The position numbers and the translations under genes are program-made. A stretch of 64,000 nucleotides of DNA from an uncultured Desulfobacterales bacterium (lineage in GTDB: Bacteria > Desulfobacterota > Desulfobacteria > Desulfobacterales > C00003060). The notes beneath the pieces are model-generated. The model was not told the origin of the DNA, did no database searches, and saw only the letters and a list, made by a program, of their open reading frames with translations. The number at the start of each line of letters is the position of its first letter. Within the stretch, counting starts at the first letter, position 1. Below are positions 17,976-26,787 of this stretch, in pieces. Location: contig CAZCWQ010000002.1 in assembly GCA_964502365.1 (NCBI GenBank), forward strand, positions 5,557 through 69,556. The letters are read 5' to 3'.

Positions 17976-18935
17976 TCATTCGGTGCTCTCATCGCTCAAA
18001 ATGGTTCTCAGTCGGCCTGATACCCATTCGGCTTCACGATCAAAGCCGACCTTGCGATAGAAATGAAGAAGCTTGCGATAACGCTTTACAACATCGAATC
18101 CAATATTGAACTGAAGCTTGCGGAGACACACCGGGCACAGGTGGAGTGGCCTGTCGTCGCTTTCCTGTAAATGGTTGGACCCGTTCATCAGGCACTTGAA
18201 GAATATACAGTGTTCAAGCGAGAATATGTGGGCCATTTCGTGGACCAGGACTTTGCAGCTTCGGCGCAGCAAGATCTCTCTAAAGTCCTTTCCGTGCTTT
18301 TCTCCGTAAAAAGCCGGGTCATAACGGGCAAAGCTGAAAACCCCAACCCGATCGGAGATGGATGCCTGGCCGAAGACAAAATTCCACCAAGGATCAGGAT
18401 ACAGGTCATCCATTGTGACCGCCAGGGTGCAAAAGCCGTCCTTGGGAAGCCTTTTCTTAAGGAGCTTCAAGATGTCGGTAGTCAGTATTTGCCGATTCCC
18501 GGTATATCGGTTAATGCGTGTTCTCATGCTTGCCCCACCAGCACTAAGCGGGGGAAGCACAATTACATCCGTGACAAAGTAAGCGGCCGCATAGGTTCTT
18601 AATGCTTCAACCGAGGGGCTTAGCCCCTCAGGGAAAGTTCCCAACGGCTGCAAGTAGACCTTGCTCCGTGTTGGGTCCGGCTTGTTCGGATTGCACTCTA
18701 CGAATTGATCGAAGGTTTGGCCGGGCTCAGGGTGCTCAGCCAACCAATCACCCTGTTTCGGGACAGGGAGCGGTTCGAAATCGTTGACCGGGTTCAGGGC
18801 TCGCTGGAGGGTCATAGGAAGCCCCGCGGTCTTTCCGATGGCGAGGATGACCTCTGCCGGTTTTGGAGACTTGAAGTCCATAGCCAAACAGGTTGAACAA
18901 GCCACTATAGTGATAAGCTGAAGAAGGGCCACCAT
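17976..18935 (-). CDS. Archaemetzincin-like zinc metalloprotease (peptidase M54) with N-terminal signal peptide
   Basis: The sequence HEMAHIFSLEHCIFFKCLMNGSNHLQESDDRPLHLCPVCLRKL fits the archaemetzincin signature HExxHxx[GS]x3Cx4CxMx16-17CxxC. The N-terminus is hydrophobic. Confidence 0.75.
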   Translation of the reverse strand: MVALLQLITIVACSTCLAMDFKSPKPAEVILAIGKTAGLPMTLQRALNPVNDFEPLPVPKQGDWLAEHPEPGQTFDQFVECNPNKPDPTRSKVYLQPLGTFPEGLSPSVEALRTYAAAYFVTDVIVLPPLSAGGASMRTRINRYTGNRQILTTDILKLLKKRLPKDGFCTLAVTMDDLYPDPWWNFVFGQASISDRVGVFSFARYDPAFYGEKHGKDFREILLRRSCKVLVHEMAHIFSLEHCIFFKCLMNGSNHLQESDDRPLHLCPVCLRKLQFNIGFDVVKRYRKLLHFYRKVGFDREAEWVSGRLRTILSDESTE

Positions 18936-18992
18936 AGATTTTTGGCCACCCGCATTGATGAAATCGTAAAAAGTCTGGGGTATGAACTTACA

Positions 18993-19934
18993 TCAAAAGG
19001 TGACTTTGCAGGACAAAACCACCGCCTGACCTCCATCTATCCTCTGGGTCGACGTCTGAAGCACTGAGTGCTGTTTCAGATATTGGAAGAAATCGCGCTT
19101 CTGTTTGCGGTTGTATTTGTGAGCACAACTCACCGCGCTGTAAATATTGCCGGAGTAAAGTCCAATCTCAAAGAAGGTGATTAGACCCCCCAGGGCCTCA
19201 TTGCCATTATCAAACGACTCATAGGCCGCTAAGATCATGGCGCCGTTCAGCAAGAATGCAATCAGCGCATCCCGATACCTCTTGCAGTATAGGTGGCCGG
19301 CGCCAGGGACTACGGCAAGCCAGCCGGCAGCAGTGGGGCTCTTAGTTTTCAGAAATTTTTTTCTGTTCATATCTCCCAACAGCTTTTCTACCCCGTAGGA
19401 ATCTCTATTCTTTGAACCGATACTCTCAAACACAGCCCTGGCCTTTTCCCATTGGTCCATCTCGAGGTAGATCCATCCCTGCCTGTACATCACTTCATCC
19501 TTAACATCCGGGTTGTCAGTAACCCTGAGCACGTTGTCGAGTACCGCGCGAGCCAATGCCAACTGCTTGAGTCTCACATAACATTGTGCCAAGCTGAAAT
19601 ACGATTTTACGGCAAGGTCAGTGTCATGATATTTGTCGATCAAAGCATTAAAGGAGTCGATCGCCTTTTTGAATCGTTGTCCCTTAAGATATGACTCGGC
19701 CACTTTGTACATGGCCTGCTCGACTCTTTGATCTTGCGGGAAGAAGTATATGAAACGATTATACTCACTAATCGCTCTGTAATATTCCGCTTTTGCAAAA
19801 TAGCTTTCAGCAAACTGGAATTGTTCATCGGCCTTGATAGTGATAGACGTCTGTCCGAAGGCAAGGCATGGAGAAAGTATTGAGAAAAGAAGAAATGCCA
19901 CTGCAAGACCTGTAGAGGGTTTATTGTTTTCCAT
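18993..19934 (-). CDS. TPR-repeat protein with signal peptide and C-terminal membrane segment
   Basis: There are several TPR-like repeats (YFAKAEYYRAISEYNRF, AMYKVAESYLKGQRFKKAIDSF and others) and C-terminal hydrophobic helices with a PGAGHLY motif. The start is chosen at MENNK (19934); the ORF track extends to 19970. Confidence 0.6.
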   Translation of the reverse strand: MENNKPSTGLAVAFLLFSILSPCLAFGQTSITIKADEQFQFAESYFAKAEYYRAISEYNRFIYFFPQDQRVEQAMYKVAESYLKGQRFKKAIDSFNALIDKYHDTDLAVKSYFSLAQCYVRLKQLALARAVLDNVLRVTDNPDVKDEVMYRQGWIYLEMDQWEKARAVFESIGSKNRDSYGVEKLLGDMNRKKFLKTKSPTAAGWLAVVPGAGHLYCKRYRDALIAFLLNGAMILAAYESFDNGNEALGGLITFFEIGLYSGNIYSAVSCAHKYNRKQKRDFFQYLKQHSVLQTSTQRIDGGQAVVLSCKVTF

Positions 19935-20364
19935 TGCTCCACCAACGATCATTATTTTCCAAAGGGTCAAAGCACTTTCGTTCTCCTCTGACGATAATCC
20001 AAGGAGACAATTCTAGTTCGTCACGGCCGCACCGGTACAGACGATCCCATGTCATCATCCATCCCATGAGAAACCCATGTTTTTCAAAACACTCGATGCT
20101 GTATCGAGAACAAGACGGATGCATTGGACAGTCACTCCCGTCAATGGGTCCAATATACTTTCCAAGCATTTTGACGAAAAAAGTCGCTGCATTTACTGGT
20201 TTCGTTGCCCGCTGCTTGTAGTCATCCCCTGCATCACCACTCTGCCACGGGCCTTTCATAGGATCATCTTGGGCCACAGCGATGCCAGCAAAAGCAAAGA
20301 CAAGAAAGAACAGGATGATTTTGGAGCTTTTCACGGGTAAAGGCGAAAAGGAGATACACCCCAT
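19921..20364 (-). CDS. YidD-like (DUF37) membrane protein insertion efficiency factor homolog with signal peptide
   Basis: The sequence CPMHPSCSRYSIECFEKHGFLMGWMMTWDRLYRCG resembles the YidD core. The Met at 20364 shares one base with the stop of the upstream prenyltransferase (TAATG). The longer 231-aa ORF overlaps that gene and is rejected. Confidence 0.55.
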   Translation of the reverse strand: MGCISFSPLPVKSSKIILFFLVFAFAGIAVAQDDPMKGPWQSGDAGDDYKQRATKPVNAATFFVKMLGKYIGPIDGSDCPMHPSCSRYSIECFEKHGFLMGWMMTWDRLYRCGRDELELSPWIIVRGERKCFDPLENNDRWWSNGKQ

Positions 20365-21263
20365 TAGAAAACCACCTTCTGAAACACCAAAACCACCGAC
20401 AAGACCAATCCTAGGGCGAGATGGGTCTGGATGGTCAGGGCTTGGGCCGGGATAATTTCTTCGTAGGTCTGGTAGTGGGTGTTTAGGATCCTGATCGCCT
20501 TTAAGCTCAAGGGCATGGTTAGAAGAACCGCCAGGCAGAGCCACGAGGTTTTTCCGGCCAAAACCCAGTAGAGCACCACCGCGTACGGGCAGACCATGAG
20601 GAAGTGGTAAATCCATCGGGAGCGGTCACGGCCAAGTCGAACGACCAGATTGCGCTTGCCGGCGTCTCTGTCAGCCTCGAAGTCAGGAAACTGGTTGATC
20701 CAGATTACTGCCGTGATCAGAAAGCCAAGCGGGACACCCAGGGTGAATGCCTGCAAGGTAAGCAGGCCGGTCATGACATAGTAGGTTCCCCAGGTGATCA
20801 GTGGTCCAAAGGCCATGAAGATCGTCATCTCTCCGACTCCCCTGGACATGAAACTGACCGGGGATGCAGAATAGAGGTATCCTGCCAAAAAGCCCATCAA
20901 ACCGATGACCACTACAAAGGGTCGCCCTGAAAATGCCAGCCACATGCCACAGCCGGTGCCTAACACAAAGAAACCGATGGCCATGGCCCGTACGGTCCTA
21001 GCGTCCATGAGTTTGTCCTGGATCACGCGACTGCCGCCGCTAAAAGGTGTGGGGTGAAGGTTTATACGGTCGCTTCCTGGATCATCATAATAGTCATTGA
21101 TCAAATTGGCACCCAGGTGGAGGGAACCCACCCCGAACATCACCATAAGCAAGGGCCAGAGCTGAAGGGACCCGTGCAGGTAACTCAGGGCAGCAGCAAG
21201 AAGCACAGGCATAAGAGAGCCTGTCAAAAAAGGAAGACGCATGGCTTTTAGGTAAATGTTCAT
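20364..21263 (-). CDS. UbiA-family prenyltransferase (MenA-like 1,4-dihydroxy-2-naphthoate prenyltransferase)
   Basis: Polytopic membrane protein with NLINDYYD and a second Asp-rich region (DFEADRDAGKRNL). The start is chosen at MNIYLKAMRLPF. Confidence 0.7.
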   Translation of the reverse strand: MNIYLKAMRLPFLTGSLMPVLLAAALSYLHGSLQLWPLLMVMFGVGSLHLGANLINDYYDDPGSDRINLHPTPFSGGSRVIQDKLMDARTVRAMAIGFFVLGTGCGMWLAFSGRPFVVVIGLMGFLAGYLYSASPVSFMSRGVGEMTIFMAFGPLITWGTYYVMTGLLTLQAFTLGVPLGFLITAVIWINQFPDFEADRDAGKRNLVVRLGRDRSRWIYHFLMVCPYAVVLYWVLAGKTSWLCLAVLLTMPLSLKAIRILNTHYQTYEEIIPAQALTIQTHLALGLVLSVVLVFQKVVF

Positions 21264-21549
21264 AGGACACCTCTTTTCGGCTTTATACGACAGATACACC
21301 TCAATTATCATAATTGACTCTGTATTGCAAAGACCTGCTACAGGATAGAGCCGCCAGAATTTGCTTGATAACTCTGTCAGGGTGGGCTAAGAATCTCAAG
21401 CATACGAATTGAAAGGCTTCTCCTGTCCAAGAGCAGCGGCTGTTTGTGCTGAGGGCCGGGAACCACGGAGAAATTGTGGGCTCCACAGACGATGCGCAGC
21501 CGTTTAGTCAGGCCTTGCGCGGGACTTGTGAGGTGGTGGTACTAGACTG

Positions 21550-21987
21550 ATGAAAAGAATCCTCATATTTGTCATTTTCTCTGTTGTACTTTTTGTCGTG
21601 GATGCGAGTGCCGCTCGGCTCGCTGTTAGCGTAAACAAGGCCAACATTCGCTCAGGCCCTGGGACGAATCACGAGATCCTGTGGTCTGTTGGCAAGTATT
21701 ATCCCCTTGATACTCTCAAGAAATCAGGGAACTGGTATAAGATCCGAGACTTTGAAGGTGACGAGGGTTGGATCTTTCACTCTTTAATAAAGAAGATCTC
21801 GGCCGTCATCGTCAAAGCTCCCTTGGTCAATGTTCGCAGTGGACCAGAGACTAGCTCAAGAGTGCTATTTCAGGCAGAAAAAGGGGTCAGCTTCGAGCGC
21901 TTGGGAAAAAAGGGCAACTGGTTCAAGGTTCGGCATGCAGACGGCGAGGTGGGATGGATTCATAAGTCCCTGGTATGGGGATATTGA
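21550..21987 (+). CDS. Secreted protein with two bacterial SH3 (SH3_3) domains
   Basis: There is a signal peptide followed by two repeats of the ANIRSGPGT...WYKIRDFEGDEGWI / VNVRSGPET...WFKVRHADGEVGWI pattern. Confidence 0.75.
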   Translation: MKRILIFVIFSVVLFVVDASAARLAVSVNKANIRSGPGTNHEILWSVGKYYPLDTLKKSGNWYKIRDFEGDEGWIFHSLIKKISAVIVKAPLVNVRSGPETSSRVLFQAEKGVSFERLGKKGNWFKVRHADGEVGWIHKSLVWGY

Positions 21988-22047
21988 TGGCCCATCAAGC
22001 CCAAACTAGATCGGCGGAGAACCAAACGGGTTACAGTTACAACAATT

Positions 22048-22268
22048 GTAACACCTTAGCGCTTTGAAAAAGGCCGTTTTGTGAAGGACATTGAGCAATT
22101 TTGGAAAAAGATTCACGATGAGTCTGGCGTGAAGAATTGCAAACTGTTTGATCCGCCGGAGGCGAGCCCCGCAGGCGGAGAGTTTTTGCAATTTAGCCAG
22201 ACTTGTTGTGAATCCCAAAATTGTTCACAGGAGTGAGCAAAATGGAGCTTTTTTTAAAAGGCTAGACT
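22048..22268 (+). repeat. Intergenic repeat, long copy (shares its 5' 51 nt and 3' about 19 nt with the copy at 24659-24737)
   Basis: The segment GTAACACCTTAGCGCTTTGAAAAAGGCCGTTTTGTGAAGGACATTGAGCAA ... TTTTTTAAAAGGCTAGACT encloses about 150 nt that includes a terminator hairpin. Confidence 0.6.
22152..22187. terminator. Hairpin terminator between the convergent SH3 and DUF89-like genes
   Basis: TCCGCC (22152-22157) pairs with GGCGGA (22174-22179) and is followed by AGAGTTTTT. The flanking GCAAAC...GTTTTTGC could extend the stem or allow function on both strands. Confidence 0.45.
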
Positions 22269-22306
22269 GTTAGCAACAATTATCGCTCTTGCAGAAAACT
22301 TGCACA

Positions 22307-24115
22307 TTACGGCGAACAAATATCTTTCAACCGACGATCGTACATCTTCCCGATTCCGTATTCCTCGCGCCTCAAAAACTTCTCTTGTGACGGTCCTATG
22401 ATCTGCATTTCAGGGTGTTCCTTCTGTACGTCAAGGGCAATCTTCATTTCTTTGGTGCAACCGGTACTAAATGTGGCATCCTTTCCGACCCACTCGGGAG
22501 GAACCTTGGTCTTTGTCATTCGAAAAGCTTGCTCAATATCATCGTACGTCTGGAAGCGCCATATGTCGATGAGTCCACTTCGCTGAACAATTGCCCACAT
22601 AAACATCAGATCATCTGCATCCATCCCTGGCTCGGAATGCTCTGAGGGGTTGATAATGAAGGTCTTTGCAGCCTGATCTTTGACGGATTTGATATAGGTG
22701 GACATGATTTTTCTTGCTAACGCCTCCTTGCCAGGGATGGAACCGATTATGCCGCTATAAAACATGACAGTCATCCCTTGCTGTTTGGCTTGTTGCATTT
22801 GACCAATTATTGCTTGTGCTTTTTCTTCCAGGTCCTTGTGAGTGAATTTGATGACCGCAGGATGTCGGGCCTTGAAGCAAATCGAAAGAGCCCCGTTCTC
22901 ATCCTCGGCAACGCTGTAAATGTCTTGGGTAAAGCGGAAGTGTGTATCAAACAAACGGCGTCTCTGCTCAGGCCCCTTAGAGATGACACCGTCAACCTCC
23001 TTGAAGATCCGAGCAAAGGTAGTAGATCCCAAGAGAAAATTCAGGTTTTCACGGCTGCCATCAGAGATCGCCATAATGGATGAGTCCCTTTTCAATATGT
23101 CAACCAACTCGTTCTTGCCCAAATTTTTCCTCTCAATCAAGAAGGCGTCTTCAAGTTCCTTCAAGAGATTTTCGTCTTGCTGCACATCGTAAAAGTCAAC
23201 CTTCGTGAACCATGGGCCGTCCTTAAAGACTATGATTATTTTATGCCCAAGGCGGGCCAGGTATCGTATGATAGTCAAGTCTACCATGATCTCTCCTGCC
23301 TCATTGGCAAGCCACAGAATCTTCTTGGGTAGGGCTTCCCTTGCGCCATTGCCGTCCCTCCGAACGGCCAAAAACCGCCACAACTGGTCAACGCCGTCTC
23401 CCTTTATGGGCCGACTGAAGAACCTCAGATAATCGTCGACCGTGTATCGGGACATCTCATCAGACTCCCACATGGCAGTTTCCACAGAAAGGGCGAAGAG
23501 ACGCCGCAGCTTCAGGTAGTCTACCCGTTCCTTGACCTGCTCCAGGCTCACTGGTGAGCAGAGAAGGACTGAATCGTCAACATGCTCCAGGGCCATAAGG
23601 AGGGCCTCTGAGCTGAGGGCTCGGGATGCCACTTTATTTCGATGGGCCTTTTCACACAAGTATGGGTCTTCTATTTGGGTGTGGTTGATATAAATCTTCA
23701 GGAGACGCTTTTCCAGGCGGGAGGGGATCATTATCCCGTCCCGCGTCTCGTGCTCATACTTGGTCTTGAGGAGGGCTTTCAGGTAAGCTTTCTGCCACTC
23801 ATCCTCAATTTGGCGTTCTATCAGGCTGAGAACCTTGTGGAGGACTTCGTCATACTTTTCCTTTAAATACGGAGGTTTTTCGCGTTTCATGATCGTCCAA
23901 AACATGTGATCTGAACATGGATAATACCTCTCATTTTCCTCGGTGTAGACCATGAAGCGAACCTGCTCCGGGGTGGCCACGTGATCAGGATAGGCCAAAT
24001 GGTCGAGGTGGTTTTCTATAAAGAACGCCGTGTACCATGCATCCGCGGCAGGGTCTTTACCCGGTTGGTATCGCGATTCAGGATCAAAAACGGCAGGGCT
24101 TTTTTGGTTAGGCAT
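22307..24115 (-). CDS. Large hypothetical protein with a central DUF89/ARMT1-like (damage-control phosphatase-like) region
   Basis: 602 aa. The central segment LANEAGEIMVDL...IIVFKDGPWF...DGVISKGPEQ resembles the DUF89 DNAGxE ... KG core, while the N- and C-terminal thirds are not recognised. The start overlaps the tlpA-like stop by 8 nt. Confidence 0.4.
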   Translation of the reverse strand: MPNQKSPAVFDPESRYQPGKDPAADAWYTAFFIENHLDHLAYPDHVATPEQVRFMVYTEENERYYPCSDHMFWTIMKREKPPYLKEKYDEVLHKVLSLIERQIEDEWQKAYLKALLKTKYEHETRDGIMIPSRLEKRLLKIYINHTQIEDPYLCEKAHRNKVASRALSSEALLMALEHVDDSVLLCSPVSLEQVKERVDYLKLRRLFALSVETAMWESDEMSRYTVDDYLRFFSRPIKGDGVDQLWRFLAVRRDGNGAREALPKKILWLANEAGEIMVDLTIIRYLARLGHKIIIVFKDGPWFTKVDFYDVQQDENLLKELEDAFLIERKNLGKNELVDILKRDSSIMAISDGSRENLNFLLGSTTFARIFKEVDGVISKGPEQRRRLFDTHFRFTQDIYSVAEDENGALSICFKARHPAVIKFTHKDLEEKAQAIIGQMQQAKQQGMTVMFYSGIIGSIPGKEALARKIMSTYIKSVKDQAAKTFIINPSEHSEPGMDADDLMFMWAIVQRSGLIDIWRFQTYDDIEQAFRMTKTKVPPEWVGKDATFSTGCTKEMKIALDVQKEHPEMQIIGPSQEKFLRREEYGIGKMYDRRLKDICSP

Positions 24116-24623
24116 TTCTCTGTAATAGCTCCATTAAAGACTTCTCTAACAAACGCACTGGACGCAACCCAACAAAATGTTCGACAACCACTCCATTGCG
24201 ATCGACAAGAAAGCTGGTGGGAATACCCCTGATACCGCCATAATCTAGCACCACTTCTCTAGTTCCCAGCACAATGGTGTAGGTTATGCCGTAGTATCTA
24301 ACAAAACGATTGAGCAGAGGCGCTCCTTGCATATCCAGGGCTATGCCCACAATTTCCAATCCCTTATCCTTCAATTTCTCATAAAGCCTGATAAAAACGG
24401 GAATCTCCTGACGGCACGGTGCACACCACGTGGCAAAGAAATTCAAGAGCACCACTTTTCCTCTCAGGTCTTTCAGGTGCAAGGTATTCCCATTTAGGTC
24501 TTTGAGCGCAAAGTCCGGAGCTAGACTAGCAGAAGGTCTAGTTTCTCCATCTTCACTTGTGCACCCGAAAATCAGAAGGATGGCAAGGGTAGTGACGAGA
24601 AATATCCTCTGAACAGATCGCAT
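24108..24623 (-). CDS. TlpA-like thiol:disulfide oxidoreductase (thioredoxin/redoxin family) lipoprotein
   Basis: It has the WCAPC active site, a lipobox-like LIFGC and the redoxin fold pattern (VVLLNFFATWCAPCRQEIP). The start is chosen at MRSVQ (24623), preceded by AAGGGAAG. The longer ORF runs into the repeat element. Confidence 0.8.
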   Translation of the reverse strand: MRSVQRIFLVTTLAILLIFGCTSEDGETRPSASLAPDFALKDLNGNTLHLKDLRGKVVLLNFFATWCAPCRQEIPVFIRLYEKLKDKGLEIVGIALDMQGAPLLNRFVRYYGITYTIVLGTREVVLDYGGIRGIPTSFLVDRNGVVVEHFVGLRPVRLLEKSLMELLQRNA

Positions 24624-24658
24624 TGCTTCTTCCCTTTTTGATGTCATAATAGTTTTGT

Positions 24659-24737
24659 GTAACACTCTAGCGCTTTCAAAAAAGGCCGTTTTGCAAAGGA
24701 CATTGAGCAAAACCGATGTTTTTCAAAAGGCTAGACT
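24659..24737 (+). repeat. Intergenic repeat, short copy
   Basis: The sequence is GTAACACTCTAGCGCTTTCAAAAAAGGCCGTTTTGCAAAGGACATTGAGCAA ... GTTTTTCAAAAGGCTAGACT. About 46/52 positions of the 5' segment are identical to the 22048 copy by hand alignment, in the same orientation. Confidence 0.6.
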
Positions 24738-24738
24738 C

Positions 24739-26037
24739 TCACCGATCATCTATAACCCCGCCAGATGGCATGGCATACTGATCCAAGGTTGCACCCTCCA
24801 CGAACTTAATCGTCGCCTCGAGTCCAAGTATCTGCAACATCTGTCGCCGTAACCGTTTCAATGTATTTTCCACAACCTTTATCTCGTCTGAAAAAATATT
24901 CTCAGTCATTTCAAGCCATATCTCAATCATATCCAGATGGTTTTCTTTATGCAGGTGGATCAAGAAACGGGGTGAAGAGGCCCCGGAAATGTCCGTGAGT
25001 ATTTGTTTGACCTGCGCAGGATGCACTTTTACCCCACGGACCGTCAGTACATCTCCTGTGTGCCCTGTGATGCCTGATATCCGCGCAAGGGTTCGACCAC
25101 ATGGACATGTCTCTTCCACTGCGCAAGCAAGGTCTCCCGTTCGGAATCGAATAAGGGGAAAAGCCTTGGTTGTTAAGGTGGTCAGAACCACCTCTCCCTC
25201 CTCACCGCAGGGGCGTGGATCTCCACTACGAGGGTCGACAATCTCCAACACAAAATGGTCCTCGTTGACATGAAGGCCGTCCTTTTCATGACACTCAAAT
25301 GCGACTCCAGGACCCATGACATCGCTTGGCCCATATCCAGCGGTCACGTCAACCTTGAACGCAGTTTCCAGCCTCTCTCGCTTCTCCTCCGTTAAGGGCT
25401 CCCCCATGACCAGAATCGCCTTGAGTGCCAAGCTGGTTGCATCCACGCTGATTGCTTCCATAACATCGAGCATGTGCAACGCATAAGACGGGGTAGTGAG
25501 CAGCACCGAGGTCCTGTAATCGTGCATGGCCATAAGCTGTTTCGAGGTGCTCATATGTGTCATGGGCATGACCGAAGCGCCGATGTTTCCGGCCCCCTCT
25601 TTTAGGGCACCGCCCCAGTTTGATAGGCCCGGATTCAGGCAAATTTGGACCACATCCGTGTCAACCACACCTCCTGCCGTCAAGAAGCGAGAGGTGATAG
25701 TGTCCCTCACCCTGAGGTCCGTTTTCGTGTAACCCACTACTACCGGATTGACCGTAGTGCCCGCCGAGGGACTGATGCGGACAATATCCCGAAGGGGCAC
25801 GGCAAACAGACCATAAGGGTAATTCTCACCCAGATCTTTGCGGGTCGTAAAGGGAAGCCTTTTAATATCTTCCACGGAAGCCAGGACACTCGGATGGATT
25901 CCCAAAGAATCAAACTGCTTTCTGTAGCACGGGACATTCTTGTATGCCCGATTCAACGTGCTCTGGAGTCGCTCCAGTTGGAGCTGTACAAGATCCTGTC
26001 TTTCCATGCGGTCATTTTCGCCGTTCCAGAACTTCAA
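24739..26037 (-). CDS. paaK: Phenylacetate-CoA ligase family protein (PaaK / coenzyme F390 synthetase-like)
   Basis: The sequence [31 protein letters not shown]...LPFTTRKDL...SAGTT is the typical PaaK N-terminus and AMP-binding core. A TTG start at 26037 is preceded by AGGGAGGAA. The ORF track starts at 26058. Confidence 0.85.
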   Translation of the reverse strand: MKFWNGENDRMERQDLVQLQLERLQSTLNRAYKNVPCYRKQFDSLGIHPSVLASVEDIKRLPFTTRKDLGENYPYGLFAVPLRDIVRISPSAGTTVNPVVVGYTKTDLRVRDTITSRFLTAGGVVDTDVVQICLNPGLSNWGGALKEGAGNIGASVMPMTHMSTSKQLMAMHDYRTSVLLTTPSYALHMLDVMEAISVDATSLALKAILVMGEPLTEEKRERLETAFKVDVTAGYGPSDVMGPGVAFECHEKDGLHVNEDHFVLEIVDPRSGDPRPCGEEGEVVLTTLTTKAFPLIRFRTGDLACAVEETCPCGRTLARISGITGHTGDVLTVRGVKVHPAQVKQILTDISGASSPRFLIHLHKENHLDMIEIWLEMTENIFSDEIKVVENTLKRLRRQMLQILGLEATIKFVEGATLDQYAMPSGGVIDDR

Positions 26038-26783
26038 GTCGGATTCCTCCCTTCCCAAAATGTCTTGTAGTCCTTTCCGAGATAGGCCCGCTTGACATCA
26101 CTATCGTTCAGTAGATCATCTGAACTTCCCTGAAGGATCACCCTGCCGGTCTCCAAGACATACCCTCTGTCTGAAATCCTCAGAGAGGCCCGGGCGTTTT
26201 GCTCGACTACGAGAATGGTCACGCCACTGTCCCTGAGTATGGAGATTGTACTCATGATATCTCTTACCACCAAGGGGGCAAGGCCCATGGACGGCTCATC
26301 CAAAAGCAGAAGTTTCGGCCGTGCCATGAGGGCCCGCCCGATAGCGAGCATTTGTTGCTCCCCGCCGGAAAGGGTGCCGGCAATCTGCTCAATGCGCTCC
26401 TTTAACCGAGGGAAGAGTTGGAAGACCCAGTCCAAGTCCCTTTCGATGGCCTCTCTTTCCTTCTTCCCAAAGCGCAGATAGGCTCCCAGTTGTAAGTTCT
26501 CTAAGACTGTCAGAGGACCAAAGACTTGTCGCCCTTCAGGCACCTGGCTGATGCCGGCAGCTACCACTTTCTCAGGAGGTATACCGTTCATTCTACTGTC
26601 TTCAAAATAGATTTCCCCCTGCGCGCTGGGAATAAGGCCGGAAATGGTGTTTAAGATGGTCGTCTTGCCCGCACCATTGGCGCCAATCAAGCAAACGATC
26701 TCTCCGACACGAACATGGAGGGACACATTATCGAGGGCCCTGATCCGACCATAGTAGGTGTGAAGATTTTTGATCCTAAGCAT
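26034..26783 (-). CDS. livF: Branched-chain amino acid ABC transporter ATP-binding protein LivF
   Basis: It has Walker A (GANGAGKTT), the signature LSGGEQQML and Walker B (LLLLDEP), with a LivF-type length and C-terminus. Confidence 0.9.
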   Translation of the reverse strand: MLRIKNLHTYYGRIRALDNVSLHVRVGEIVCLIGANGAGKTTILNTISGLIPSAQGEIYFEDSRMNGIPPEKVVAAGISQVPEGRQVFGPLTVLENLQLGAYLRFGKKEREAIERDLDWVFQLFPRLKERIEQIAGTLSGGEQQMLAIGRALMARPKLLLLDEPSMGLAPLVVRDIMSTISILRDSGVTILVVEQNARASLRISDRGYVLETGRVILQGSSDDLLNDSDVKRAYLGKDYKTFWEGRNPT

Positions 26784-26787
26784 GAAC

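Noticed and set aside
19921-20616. The full 231-aa ORF as the YidD-like gene.
   Set aside because: Its first 84 codons overlap the 3' end of the prenyltransferase gene in another frame and are Pro/Gly-rich and low-complexity. The internal Met at 20364, followed by a signal peptide, is the plausible start.
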